Assembly: GCA_963793695.1 (NCBI GenBank)
Contig: CAWCBB010000008.1
Coordinates: 6,833-70,832, forward strand
Length of the DNA: 64,000 nucleotides
Source: an uncultured Acidobacteriota bacterium
Lineage (GTDB): Bacteria; Acidobacteriota; Thermoanaerobaculia; Gp7-AA8
Reading direction: 5' to 3'
The position numbers were made by a program, and so were the translations under genes. This document shows positions 23,036-33,350 of this stretch, one piece after another. Under the pieces are notes generated by a model, which was not told the DNA's origin, did no database searches, and saw only the letters and a list, made by a program, of their open reading frames with translations. How positions within the stretch are numbered: the stretch's first letter is position 1; each line of letters opens with the position of its first letter.

Positions 23036-23248
23036 CGTTCTCCGTTCTCCGTTCTCCGTTGTCCGTTCTCCGATCTCCGTTCGCCGTTCTCCGCGGCACC
23101 TCCCCGCGCCCGCGCCCGAGCCCGGATTCTCTTTCAGTCCGGACGAAACCGCGTCCGAGGTCGCAGTCCACACGATCTGCCGCGGAGAACGGAGAACGGA
23201 CAACGGAGAACGGAGAACGAAGAACGGGGAACGGAGAAACGAAGAACG
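23036..23248. repeat. heptamer array family C: (GTTCTCC)x8 ... 89-nt GC-hexamer spacer ... (GGAGAAC)x9
   Basis: cgttctccgttctccgttctccgttgtccgttctccgatctccgttcgccgttctccg at 23036-23093 and cggagaacggagaacggacaacggagaacggagaacgaagaacggggaacggagaaacgaagaacg at 23183-23248. The spacer contains ccccgcgcccgcgcccgagcccgg. Confidence 0.85.
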
Positions 23249-23338
23249 CCTTTCTCGCGGGTGGAACGTCAAAAGGGAAAACAGAAACGGCCGCGGCTCC
23301 TGTGAGCCGCGGCCGTTTCGTATCGGTTCCCGTGTTTC

Positions 23339-25129
23339 CTAGAACGTCGCGTCGAGGAACGGCCGGAGCTTCTTCGCCCGCGAGGGGTGGCGCAGCTTCC
23401 GCAGCGCCTTCGACTCGATCTGGCGGATCCGCTCGCGGGTGACGTTGAACGAGCGGCCGACCTCCTCGAGCGTGTGCTCGGAGCCCGTCGCCGACGCCGA
23501 AGCGCATCTTGAGGACCTGCTCCTCGCGCGGGGTGAGCGTCTTGAGGACGCGTCGCGTCTGGTCCTGGAGGTTCGAGACGATGACGCGCGTCGATCGGCG
23601 AGACGACGGCGCGGTCCTCGATGAAGTCGCCCAGGTGCGAATCTTCCTCCTCGCCGATCGGCGTCTCGAGGGAGATCGGCTCCTGCGCGATCTTCATGAT
23701 CTTGCGGACCTTGGAGACCGGCATGTCCATCCGCTTGGCGATCTCCTCGGCGTTCGGCTCGCGGCCGAGCTCCTGGACGAGCGAGCGCGAGGTGCGCGTG
23801 AGCTTGTTGATCGTCTCGATCATGTGGACCGGGATGCGGATCGTGCGCGCCTGGTCGGCGATCGCGCGGGTGATCGCCTGGCGGATCCACCACGTCGCGT
23901 ACGTCGAGAACTTGTAGCCGCGGCGGTACTCGAACTTCTCGACCGCCTTCATCAGGCCGATGTTGCCTTCCTGGATGAGGTCGAGGAACTGGAGGCCGCG
24001 GTTCGTGTACTTCTTCGCGATCGAGACGACGAGGCGCAGGTTGGCGACGATCAGCTCCTGCTTGGCCTGGTCGGCCTCCTCCTCGCCCTCGCGGACCTCG
24101 CGGAGCGTCTTCTTGATCGTCCTCGTGCGAGACGCCGAACTTCTGCCTCGAGCTCGCCGAGGCGCTCGCCGGTACTTGGCGATGCGGCGCTTGTAGAAGT
24201 CGCTTGCGGGTGCGGTTCTTCTCCCTCTTGAGCGACTGCTCGTCCTGGCGGATCTGGGAGTTCGGGCAGCGAGAACTGCGGTCGATGTCCTTGAGGATGT
24301 TGATCATCCGGTTCAGCGTCTGCGGGGTGAAGTCGACCGCGCGGATCAGCTTCGCCATCTCGCGAGAGCTTCTCGATCTGTTTGACGAGCCCGGCGGGCT
24401 GCGGGGCTTCTTGGCGGCCTCGATCAGCTTCGCGCTGGCTGTCCTTGATCTTCTCGGTCGAGCTTGCGCGATCTTCTTGAAGATCTTCGAGGATCTCCTC
24501 GATCTTGTTGAGGTTCTTCGCGTCGTTCGGATCGTCTTCCTCGTCGTCCGCGAGCGCGAGGTCGATCATGTCCTTGATGACCTTCGTGGTCCTTCTTGGC
24601 GTTCTCGAGACGGAGGATCTCTTCGAGAACGATCCGGTTCTTCGAGAGCGCCTGGTAGATCCTGCCCTCGCCCTGCTCGATCCGCTTGGCGATTCGACCT
24701 CGCCCTCGCGGTCGAGGAGCTTGACCGTCCCCATCTCGCGCAGGTACATGCGCACGGGGTCGTTCGTCTTCTCGATCAGCCCGGCGGCCGCCGCGGCGAT
24801 CTCCGCCTGGATCTCTTCCCGCTCGCTGACTTCCTTGTCCTCGACCCCATCGGTCGGGCTTCTTTCGGCTCGGGGATCTTGTCGACGTCGTCGACGACCT
24901 CGATCCCGACGTCCGCGAAGCGGATGTAGATCTCGTCGAGCTCTTCCGGGGTGCTGGTTACGTCTTCCGGGAGGATCTCGTAGATCTCGTCGTAGAGCAG
25001 GTATCCCTTTTCCTTGCCGATCGTGATGAGCTGTTTGACTTCCGGGTATTTGTCTTCGACGCTGAGCTCGCCAGCCTCATCGTATGAAGATTCCAGATCG
25101 AGATCCGTTGTCCGCAGACGGGTGCTCAT
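23339..25129 (-). CDS. rpoD: RNA polymerase sigma-70 (primary sigma factor); about 6 frameshifts
   Basis: Segments in three frames: [49 protein letters not shown] (region 1.1), [21 protein letters not shown] (region 1.2), [46 protein letters not shown] (region 2), MRFGVGDG, and [41 protein letters not shown] (region 4). Confidence 0.8.
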
Positions 25130-25295
25130 CGGTATGAGTTCGCTCCTTGAGGGTGAGGTGGGTGGTTCCGGTGAGTGTCGTTGCTCGGTGCGCGCTTTGC
25201 CATTCGGGCTCCGGCCCCCGCGACGACGGCACCGGCGGGGGAACGTCCGGTCGTCTTCGGAAGGAGACACTCACGTAAGCGTATGAGGATAATAA

Positions 25296-27044
25296 TTATT
25301 TCAGCGGGTGAAGCCGTCGGGAGAGCTCGATTTTTTCGCGATCCAGCGCCTGCTCCCGCTCCCCGTCTCCAGCTTCGCGCATTGCCTTGATCTCTGAAGT
25401 GATTTCCTTCAGTCGGCGGTCCAGAAAGCGTCGCTCCATCAGACGGACGGTGTCTCCGATTGAATTTGGTGAGTCGAGCTCCTTCTCGTCAGGCGCGATG
25501 GCAAGTTCGGAGAGTCTCGTCAGCTGCGATTCCCCCCTAAGATCGGTCGCAATCACAGAAAAATCAAGGGGTTGGCCCTCGCGCGCCCGCTCGGCGACCG
25601 CTCGGAAGATCGACCGGCAGTCGGCGTCGTCGAAATACTCCTCCCGGAGGTCCGCCAGCTCGCGCTTCGGGTCGGCGGCGTGGAGCAGCGCCCGGAGGAC
25701 CTCTTTCTCCCCGGTGGAGACCGGCGCGACGACCCCCTTCTCCCGCGAGCCCGCGTCGGGACCTCCCCCCGTCCGGACGCGCGACCAGACCGACGAGAAC
25801 TCCAGCCCCATCCGGTCGGCGACGCGTTGCGCGGCGTCATTCCGGAGGACCGGGTCGGACACGGCCGCGACGAGAGGGACGAGCGCCTCGACGGCCTCGC
25901 TCTTTTCCGCGCCTCGCATCGCCGCGGGATTCGGGGCGATGCGCCGCAGCGCGAAGTCGAAGACGTCGTCCGCGTTGCCGAGCAGCTCGATGAACGCGTC
26001 GAGCCCTTTCTTCCGGAGGAAGGTGTCGGGATCCTCGGAGGCGCCGACGTCGACCACCTCGACCTGCAGCCCCGCCGACAGCAGGATCGGAGCCGCCCGG
26101 AGCGTCGCGCCGCGTCCCGCCTCGTCGCCGTCGTAGGCGACCACGACCCGCTTCGCGAGGCGGCGCATCATCGCGGCCTGGCCGGTCGTGAGCGAGGTCC
26201 CCATCGAGGCGACCACCCCGTCGATCCCGGCGTTGTCGAGCGCGATGCAGTCGAAATATCCCTCGACGAGGATCGCTCGATCGAGCCGCCGCATCGCGTC
26301 GCGCGCGCGATGGAGGTTGTACAGGAGCCGCGACTTGTTGAAGATCTCCGACTCGGGCGAGTTGAGGTATTTCGGGTCGCTCCCGTCGAGCGTCCGCCCC
26401 CCGAAGCCCACGATGCTCCCGCCCTCGGAGTGGATCGGGACGATCAGCCGGTTGCGGAACCGGTCGTAAAAGCCGTCGCCGCTCTTTCGCGGCAGGACCA
26501 GCCCCGCCTCCTCCAGCTGCCTGGGCTGGAACTTCCGCCCCAGCCGCTTGAGGATGTAGTCCCACGAATCGGGCGCGTAGCCGAACCCGTACTTCCGCCA
26601 CAGCTCGGGGTCCACCTCGCGCTTCGTGAGATAGCTTTCCGCCGCGTTCGGCGTCCAGCCCAGCGCCTGATGGAACGCGCCCGCCGCTTCCTCGATCGCC
26701 TCGAGAAGGTTCTCCTTCCCGCTCTCGGACGCCTTCTCCTTCCGGCGGGGGAGCGCGATCCCCGCGCGGGTCGCGACGTACTCGACGGCCTCGGGGAAGG
26801 TGTACCGCTCGGTCAGCATCACGAACTTGAAGACGTCGCCCCCCGTGCCGCAGCCGAAGCAGTAGAAGAACCCTTTGTCCCGATCGACGTGGAACGAGGG
26901 GGTCTTCTCGCGGTGGAAGGGACAGAGCCCCTTGTGGCTCTTCCCCGCCTGCTTCAGAGGCGTGTGCTGCGAGATGATGTCGACGATGTCCGCGGCGCCG
27001 CGCACCTGCGAGATGATCGCGTCATTGAGATCGACGAAGGCCAT
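25296..27044 (-). CDS. dnaG: DNA primase
   Basis: A clean 582-aa ORF with a Zn finger (CPFHREKTPSFHVDRDKGFFYCFGCGTGGDVFKFV), a TOPRIM domain (LVEGYFDCIAL...VVAYDGDEAGRGA) and a C-terminal helicase-binding domain. Confidence 0.9.
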   Translation of the reverse strand: MAFVDLNDAIISQVRGAADIVDIISQHTPLKQAGKSHKGLCPFHREKTPSFHVDRDKGFFYCFGCGTGGDVFKFVMLTERYTFPEAVEYVATRAGIALPRRKEKASESGKENLLEAIEEAAGAFHQALGWTPNAAESYLTKREVDPELWRKYGFGYAPDSWDYILKRLGRKFQPRQLEEAGLVLPRKSGDGFYDRFRNRLIVPIHSEGGSIVGFGGRTLDGSDPKYLNSPESEIFNKSRLLYNLHRARDAMRRLDRAILVEGYFDCIALDNAGIDGVVASMGTSLTTGQAAMMRRLAKRVVVAYDGDEAGRGATLRAAPILLSAGLQVEVVDVGASEDPDTFLRKKGLDAFIELLGNADDVFDFALRRIAPNPAAMRGAEKSEAVEALVPLVAAVSDPVLRNDAAQRVADRMGLEFSSVWSRVRTGGGPDAGSREKGVVAPVSTGEKEVLRALLHAADPKRELADLREEYFDDADCRSIFRAVAERAREGQPLDFSVIATDLRGESQLTRLSELAIAPDEKELDSPNSIGDTVRLMERRFLDRRLKEITSEIKAMREAGDGEREQALDREKIELSRRLHPLK

Positions 27045-27059
27045 GGCGAGTAGTCAGGG

Positions 27060-27437
27060 AGCAGTAGTCAGGGGGAAGGGTACAACGGACGAAATCGCCG
27101 TTGGAAACGGATGAAGCCGCGGCAGGATTTCGAGGGCTGGTTCCGGGCCTGCAGGTTGAAGCGATCCGACGTGACGGCTCCCTCACGGGGAGGCCGGAGC
27201 TCGCCTGGTGTCGGAATGGCGCGAAACTGCTATGCGCGTCAGCGCGCGATCGACTTCACGAGCGAACTCATTGCTGCGGTAGCGCTCCGCTCAAGATACC
27301 AGTCTGTCGCGAGCAGCAACTCGGCTCTCGCTGAGGGATGAAAGCTAACGCTTCTCTCTTGTTTCGATACCAAGCCCGTTCGTGTTCGATTTCGAAGGGA
27401 CAGCGCGCCTCTTCGAAGAATCGAAGACGCGGGCTCA
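27060..27437 (-). pseudogene. ParE/RelE-family toxin-like gene, badly frameshifted (multiple indels)
   Basis: The minus strand from ATGA at 27437 reads MSPRLRFFEEARCPFEIEHERAWYRNKREALAF.. Fragments such as AELLLATDWYLER and EILPRLHP resemble the ParE core and its ..EILRVLHGARD C-terminus. Coordinates are approximate. Confidence 0.35.
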
Positions 27438-27673
27438 TCGATCAGATCGGTAGAGCTGGGCGCGAAGCTCTTGCCAGGAGACCGTCTTCACGCGTCCTGC
27501 GTCGAAACTCAGCCATTCGGTTCTCGACCTCGGACTGCCCATGCCTGCTCGATCTCGTCGGTTGGTCCGCTGCCCTCGTCGAGACTTTCGAGAAGAAGCG
27601 CCTCAAGTTCCGCCCGGTCTTCGGGTGCCAGCTCCGATGCGCGTTCGTACAGGTCTTGGATCGCCCGGTTCAT
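27435..27673 (-). pseudogene. addiction-module antitoxin-like small protein (TIGR02574-type) with 2 frameshifts
   Basis: MNRAIQDLYERASELAPEDRAELEALLLESLDEGSGPTDEIEQAWA in one frame, .EVENRMAEF in a second, and DAGRVKTVSWQELRAQLYRSDR* in a third. The stop overlaps the downstream toxin-like ATG. Confidence 0.45.
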
Positions 27674-27853
27674 GCTCGCATTCTACTCGCGCGCTCGGAT
27701 GATCGGCCAGGCCGCCCAACGGTTTGCCGCTGAGCCGCGGCCACCGCGCGCGAGAAAGTATAGATCTCGGAAGGCAGTAACGCAGCGGTTGGCGCGCGGT
27801 GCAGCGGCCGAGTTCGACGCAATGGCCTTAAGGTAAGCGATGGTTTCGACGAC

Positions 27854-28073
27854 GATGTCATCCCGAGCCCTCACGTCGCGCTTCGCGCTCCTCAGGGCAG
27901 GCTCCGCGAGGGATCTGGGCGGGTGGGTTACGCGTGACGCGGCACCGAAGCACGGCGGCAGGATCGAGATTCGCCTGCGATCACGAAGCGAATGCCGATC
28001 CTGCCTGCCCTGCACCGGCGCCGCGTTCTTTCGCAGCCCCCGCCCAGATCCCTCGCGTACGCTCGGGATGACA
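27854..28073. mobile_element. second, inverted copy of the MITE-like element (termini GATGTCATCCCGAGC... / ...GATCCCTCGCGTACGCTCGGGATGACA)
   Basis: It has the same 28-bp termini as 12185-12366. The interior is about 70% similar (acgcgtgacgcgg...gcgaatgccg...ccctgcaccg.cgc.gcgttctt). Confidence 0.6.
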
Positions 28074-29164
28074 GCTTCGACGGGCAACTCGCGTTAAGTT
28101 AAGGCCATTGGAGTTAGACGGCGCCCACATGCCTCGTGGCCTCTTCGCGTCGGTTGAGATAAACAGCTACCGCAGGTAGAACCGACCAGGGCGAGAACCA
28201 CATAGAACATCGCTGAGATACCGGAATGACGACAAAGAGCTGCGTGACCGTAACCGAGATACAGGCCGCAGTAGAAGCAGTCGTACAGTGCAAGCGGCGC
28301 GCTGAGAGTTGCAGCGCCAGACCGAGCTCGCTCGCGAAACCGGGGCTGATTGGAATCGGAAGAATGCTGCCGGTGACCGCGCCGAAACGCTGCGTCCGGA
28401 ATCGCTTCTAACGGCGTGGGCACGGCATTTTGGCGGGCCGCGGCCCCTGCAAGCGATCGAGTTAGCGGTGACCTGCACTTCCCCTTCTCGGCCTCAGGAA
28501 GGCTCCCACGGAGTCGCGCACCGGTACCAATGGGGCGACGAAGAAGGCGGGAGCGCGTCGCCCGCAGCGCAGGATCGCCTGGAGAGCGCAGGGACTGCAG
28601 GCTGAGCCGCGATCCTCGCGGAGCCTCCCCGAGGGGCGGCACGATAGGCCGGCGACGGCGAAAGCATCTACGCGCGCTAGAACGCCGGTCGCAGCCACCA
28701 TGAAGCGCTCCAAACCGCGGAATACGGGAACGGAAGCGTGTAAACGGTCAGAGCAGAAGGCCACCGCAGCTCCGCCATCCTGGACCTGAGCGTTCACCTG
28801 CGCGATGGTGCCGGCAGCATAGGTGAGAAGCAAGGAGCCAGCGTCGCAGCTCAGCGTTCTGCCCGCCGGTCATGCTGCGCGAATTAGGCCGTCGTCTGGT
28901 CAGTGCGATTGGTCGGCCTGACTATTCATCCATGGATTACCGGGACCGAGGATATCTGGGACGAGTTGTGCCACGTGTATCCTCGGAGGCCCTGATTCGA
29001 AGATTCTACCGCTACCAGTTCAGCTGGTGAGGGTTCCGGTGGGGCGACGAGCTCGTCGTTCGGGTCTGTTCGGACCGATTCGGTCGCGTATCCCGTCGCC
29101 GGCGGAGCGGGCGCGGTGGGGCCGGGCAGTCGATCCGCCGGCCGCACTTCCCGGCCGCGGGTTC

Positions 29165-29292
29165 GTTCCTCACTTGCGTGTAGATCAGGTCGTCGTCAGA
29201 TCGGCGTGTCGAGAAGCTTCTGGACCGTCAGGATGTCGTACCGGTCCTCGTGTGCTGCGCGATGACGTCCTTCGGTTCGCGGAAAACGAGAG
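29165..29292 (-). pseudogene. tyrosine recombinase (phage-integrase family) C-terminal fragment, 5'-truncated and frameshifted
   Basis: The minus strand reads ..GRHRAAHEDRYDILTVQKLLDTPI* and, one frame over, DDDLIYTQV. This matches the ..RHTfA..L...G.DI.TVQ.LLGHsd..TT.IYTHV box II/catalytic Tyr region. Nothing upstream, because the mutS2 stop is at 29315. Confidence 0.4.
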
Positions 29293-29294
29293 GC

Positions 29295-29317
29295 CGGGCG
29301 CGCGCAGCGCGCCCCTA
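29295..29317. repeat. REP-like palindrome GGGCGCGCGCAGCGCGCCCCTAC, overlapping the mutS2 stop codon
   Basis: An exact 23-mer, also at 46844-46866 and, reverse-complemented, at 1908-1930. Confidence 0.7.
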
Positions 29318-31681
29318 CACGTCCATGAACACGATCGTCGCGCCATCTCCCCCTTCATTCGGGTTCCCCGGCCGGAATGACCGCACGCCCGCGTGCTTCT
29401 TGAGCTGCTCGCGAAGCGCGTTCCGCAGCGCGCCGGTGCCGTGGCCGTGGATGAGGCGGACGGCTCCGCGTCCCGCGAGGAGCGCCTGGTCGAGGAACTT
29501 TTCGACTTCGTCGATCGCGTCGTCGACGCGCCGCCCGATCAGGTTCAGCTCGGCCGACACGGCCGGCTCCTCTTCGCTCGAGTCGAGCCGCACGCTGGAG
29601 CGAAGGGCCGTTTTCGCTTTCGGTTTGCTGTCGCTGGGACGGAGGTCTTCGAGCGACGCGTGCATCTTCTTGCCGGCGACGGCGAGGGTGACCTTCGTGC
29701 CGTCGATCGAGAGGATGTCGCCGGTGAAGCGAAGCGTCCTGTGCTCGGCGCGGTCTCCGACCTGGAGAGGGCGGGCGGAGGTCTCCTCGCGCGGCTCGGC
29801 GCGGTCGATCGGAAGCGTGACACTCTCGAACGACGTCTTCGCGTCCGCCTTCTTTCTCTCTTCCTTGTCGAGCTCCTTGAGGCGGCGGAGCTCCGCCTGC
29901 AGATTCCGCGAGACCTCCGCGCGCACGCGGTCCATCTCGTCCCGCCATTTCGATGCGAGCTTCTTTTTCTCTTCGGTCACGGCTGCGAGCTCCCGCTCGA
30001 GCTCGCGCTGCCGTTTCTCCATCGCCCCTTCCGCCGCCGAGAGCTCCTCGCGCCGCCGCACGACGTCCGCGAGACCTTTCTGCAGCTCGCCGACCATCTG
30101 GTCGATGTCGCCGTACCACCCGCCGAGCTTCTCGCGCGCCCGGTCGACGACCGCGCGAGGCATCCCCATCATCGATGCGATCTCGATCGCGCGGCTCCGC
30201 CCCGGAACGCCGGGGAGCATCCGGAAGGTCGGCCGCCCCGACTCGCCGTCGAACTCCATCGAGGCGTTCGCGACGCGGGGATCGCCGACCGCGAAGCTCT
30301 TGACCGCGGCGAGATGCGTCGTGACGACGAGCAGCGACCCGACGTCGAGGACGTGCTCGATGACCGCGGCGGCCAGCGCGCCCCCTTCCTCCGGATCGGT
30401 CCCCGACCCGAGCTCGTCGAGAAGGACGAGCGAGCGGTCGGTCGCGCGCGCGATCATGCGGCTCAGGCGGACGAGGTCTGCCGAGAAGGTCGAGAGGTGC
30501 TCCATCACGCTCTGGTCGTCGCCGATCAGCACGTGCACGTCGTCGACGATCGGGACGATCGATCCGTCCGCGGCGGGGAGAGGAAGACCCGAGAGGGCCA
30601 TCGCGGTGAGCAGCCCCGCGGTCTTGAGCGCGACCGTCTTTCCTCCCGCGTTCGGCCCGCTGATGACGAGCGCCGGCTTGTCCGGGGTCAGCTCGATCGA
30701 GGTCGGGATCACGCGCTGGGGGCTGTCGCTGTCGCCGAGGACCGAGCGGCGGAGCTCGGCGAGGCGCTCGTCGAGGAGCGGATGGCGCGCCTGGATCAGC
30801 CGCATCTCCCTCGCCTCGCTGAACGCCGGCCGGACCGAGCCGAGGATCGACCCGGTGATCGCCGCGGCCTGGATCGCGTCGAGCTCTCCGCCGAGCCGCG
30901 TCGCGTCGAGGATCTCGTCGCGCGCCGCGAGAAGGAGCTGGGCGAGGTGCCGCATGATCCGGACGATCTCCTCGCGCTCCTGGATGAGCAGATCCGCGAG
31001 ATCGTTGTTGAGCTCGACCGCCCCCATCGGCTCGATGAAGAAGGACGCGCCGGAGCCGGAGCGGCCGTGGAGGATGCCGGGGACTTCGCTCCGCCTCTCC
31101 GCCTTCACCGGCACCACGTACCGGTCCGCGCGGAGGGTGACGATCGGCTCCTGCAGCGCGTCCGCGTGGCGCGTCAGCACGTCGGCGAGCGCGCGCTGGA
31201 TCTGCGCGCGCTTCTGCTGCATGCGCGTCCGGATGCTCCGGAGCTCCGCGGAGGCTTCCTCTCGCAGCTTGCCGTCCTTCGTGAAGAAGCGGCCGACGGC
31301 GGAGGAGACCGCCCCCAGGTCGGGGATCGCCGAGGCGATCCGATGGAGGCGGGGAAGAGGGGGATCGAGGCGGGTCAGCGTTTCGCGAAGAGCCTGCGTC
31401 GCGCGGATCGAGCGGAGGACCTGCCACGAGTCTTCGAGCTCGAGCGCTTCGCGCGCGAGGATCGGCTCCGGGTCGATCAACCCGGCGAGCGGCACCTGCC
31501 CCTCGGTATGGTAGAAGCGGGTCATCTCCGCGAGCTCCCCCTGGAGGCGCTCTGCCTCGTCGAGGGAAGCCGCGGGACGGCGGGCGAGGAGCGCGCGTTT
31601 GCCGGGCCCGGTTCGCGCCTGCGCGGCGACCAGCTCGAGGACGCGATCGAATTCGAGGGAGCGGAGGCCTGAATCAGTCAT
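29315..31681 (-). CDS. mutS2: endonuclease MutS2 (MutS domain with a C-terminal Smr domain)
   Basis: A clean 788-aa ORF with a Walker A (LVISGPNAGGKTVALKT) and a C-terminal Smr (LNLIGRRVDDAIDEVEKFLDQALLAGRGAVRLIHGHGTGALRNALREQL). Confidence 0.9.
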   Translation of the reverse strand: MTDSGLRSLEFDRVLELVAAQARTGPGKRALLARRPAASLDEAERLQGELAEMTRFYHTEGQVPLAGLIDPEPILAREALELEDSWQVLRSIRATQALRETLTRLDPPLPRLHRIASAIPDLGAVSSAVGRFFTKDGKLREEASAELRSIRTRMQQKRAQIQRALADVLTRHADALQEPIVTLRADRYVVPVKAERRSEVPGILHGRSGSGASFFIEPMGAVELNNDLADLLIQEREEIVRIMRHLAQLLLAARDEILDATRLGGELDAIQAAAITGSILGSVRPAFSEAREMRLIQARHPLLDERLAELRRSVLGDSDSPQRVIPTSIELTPDKPALVISGPNAGGKTVALKTAGLLTAMALSGLPLPAADGSIVPIVDDVHVLIGDDQSVMEHLSTFSADLVRLSRMIARATDRSLVLLDELGSGTDPEEGGALAAAVIEHVLDVGSLLVVTTHLAAVKSFAVGDPRVANASMEFDGESGRPTFRMLPGVPGRSRAIEIASMMGMPRAVVDRAREKLGGWYGDIDQMVGELQKGLADVVRRREELSAAEGAMEKRQRELERELAAVTEEKKKLASKWRDEMDRVRAEVSRNLQAELRRLKELDKEERKKADAKTSFESVTLPIDRAEPREETSARPLQVGDRAEHRTLRFTGDILSIDGTKVTLAVAGKKMHASLEDLRPSDSKPKAKTALRSSVRLDSSEEEPAVSAELNLIGRRVDDAIDEVEKFLDQALLAGRGAVRLIHGHGTGALRNALREQLKKHAGVRSFRPGNPNEGGDGATIVFMDV

Positions 31682-31727
31682 GAGTCGGGAGTCGGGAGTC
31701 TGTCGGGAGTCTCGAGTCGAAAGTCTT
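31682..31727. repeat. family D heptamer array (GGGAGTC)x4-5 abutting the mutS2 start codon
   Basis: gagtcgggagtcgggagtctgtcgggagtctcgagtcg. On the mRNA strand this is (GACTCCC)n immediately 5' of ATG, with no canonical SD. Confidence 0.75.
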
Positions 31728-31893
31728 GAGCCGGAGCGAAGTCTACGACACGTAGGGCCGCGTTGCGCGCGGCCGCTCTCCGGTCGGATCAGGATCTAAA
31801 CCCGGGGGAACGACCGCACGCAGTGCGGCCCTACGGGCAAAAGCAAACGGACCCCAGATGCGGGGTCCGTTCAGAGATTCGCTGTTCGCGGGA

Positions 31894-32100
31894 TCAGTAG
31901 TTCGTTCGCCGGTCTTCCGCGAGCTTTCTGAGAACTTTCTTGCGCGCCGCGATCGCTTTGCGCTTTCTCTTTTCGCTCGGCTTTTCGTAGTGCTGGCGTT
32001 TCTTGAGCTCGGAAAGGACTCCGGACTTTTCGCACTTGCGCTTGAATCGGCGGAGTGCGTTCTCGAACGACTCGTCTTCTTTGACGTGTACGAGAGGCAT
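31894..32100 (-). CDS. rpsU: 30S ribosomal protein S21
   Basis: [55 protein letters not shown]. Confidence 0.9.
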   Translation of the reverse strand: MPLVHVKEDESFENALRRFKRKCEKSGVLSELKKRQHYEKPSEKRKRKAIAARKKVLRKLAEDRRTNY

Positions 32101-32385
32101 GCCTGAATTCCCCCCCTTCTTTAGCCCCAGGCCCCTGCAAAATTCTAGGAGGCCCGCCGGGCGAGGTCAACCAAAGAGCGGCGGCTCCACGCCGGTTCGC
32201 TCCGGGCGGGTGTAACCGGCGGGGGGGAGGGGGGCATTCCCTCGGAAGGAGTCAGGGAGAGGTAGGCAGGGGAAAGGGGTTCGGCGGCTCTTTTCTTAGT
32301 GTGGTCGACTCAGATCCACGTTCGGCTTGGCCAGGACGGGCGGGAGGGGGCCCTTCACCCTGACTCCTTCACCCTGACGACTCCG

Positions 32386-33006
32386 TCAAACCAGCAGCCC
32401 CTCGACCCTCGCGATGATGGCGTCGATCGCGACCCGGTTCTCTCCACCCTCGGGGATGATCAGGTCGGCGAAGCGTTTGGAGGGCTCGACGAACTCCTCG
32501 TGCATCGGGCGGACGGTGTGGAGGTACTGGTGGACGACCGACTCGAGGCTCCGGCCGCGGGTCTGGACGTCGCGGATGAGGCGGCGGACGAACCGGATGT
32601 CGGGCGGGGTATCGACGAAGAGCTTGATGTCGATCCGCTTGCGCAACTCCGGCTCGGCGAGGACGAGGATCCCTTCGACGATGACGACCTTCTTCGGCTC
32701 GACCCGCTGCGTGGCGGCCGCGCGCGAGTGGGTCGTGAAGTCGTAGATGGGCGTCTCGACCGCGCGCCCGGCGATGAGGCTGTCGAGGTGCTCGGCGAGC
32801 AGGCCCGTCTCGAGCGAGTCGGGATGGTCGAAGTTGATCCGGTGGCGCGACTCCGGATCGAGGTCCTTGAAGTCGCGGTAGTAGGAGTCGTGAGAGATCC
32901 ACTCGATCCGGTCGCGGCCCACGCGGCTGCAGATCGCCCCGGCGACGGTCGTCTTTCCCGATCCGGTTCCTCCGGCGATGCCGATGATGACGGGGCCGGA
33001 TTTCAT
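32386..33006 (-). CDS. udk: uridine kinase
   Basis: MKSGPVIIGIAGGTGSGKTTVA...ISHDSYYRD...INFDHPDSLE..., clean. Confidence 0.85.
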   Translation of the reverse strand: MKSGPVIIGIAGGTGSGKTTVAGAICSRVGRDRIEWISHDSYYRDFKDLDPESRHRINFDHPDSLETGLLAEHLDSLIAGRAVETPIYDFTTHSRAAATQRVEPKKVVIVEGILVLAEPELRKRIDIKLFVDTPPDIRFVRRLIRDVQTRGRSLESVVHQYLHTVRPMHEEFVEPSKRFADLIIPEGGENRVAIDAIIARVEGLLV

Positions 33007-33105
33007 GATCGTCGTTGATCGTTGATCGTAGATCGCTAAGTGAAGAAAGAGAGGTTGCCGGGGCAATGACTGCAAGACCGACGATCGAAACAAACGACCA
33101 ATCGA

Positions 33106-33270
33106 TCATGCCCCCGCCTGCTCGTCGTAGTCGGCGTCGGTCATGAAATCGTCCAGGTTGTCGTTGCCGCATGTCTGGCACATCGCGGAGGTGAGCTTTC
33201 CAGCTTCCCACTCGAACACGTAGGTCGGCGTGTCGCAGTTGAGGCAGACCAGGTATTCAGGCTCGGACAT
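33106..33270 (-). CDS. small zinc-ribbon protein (54 aa, two CxxC pairs)
   Basis: MSEPEYLVCLNCDTPTYVFEWEAGKLTSAMCQTCGNDNLDDFMTDADYDEQAGA. Confidence 0.5.
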   Translation of the reverse strand: MSEPEYLVCLNCDTPTYVFEWEAGKLTSAMCQTCGNDNLDDFMTDADYDEQAGA

Positions 33271-33350
33271 CAGGCGAAGAATAACAGGAAGAGCCGGGGC
33301 CGCACAGTGCTTTGGATCCGCCGGTTTTCCGTTTTCCGATTGCTCCCACC

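Noticed and set aside
28094-29160. ORFs 28094-28642 (minus), 28462-28833 (minus) and 29027-29380 (plus) in the island
   Set aside because: No recognisable domains were found, and the region has mixed frames and lower GC. It is treated as decayed non-coding DNA or gene remnants rather than genes.
29250-31514. 754-aa plus-strand ORF, 690-aa minus-strand alternative frame, and 759-aa plus-strand ORF overlapping mutS2
   Set aside because: mutS2 is a clean 788-aa match in one minus-strand frame. The others are Ser/Arg-rich shadow ORFs.
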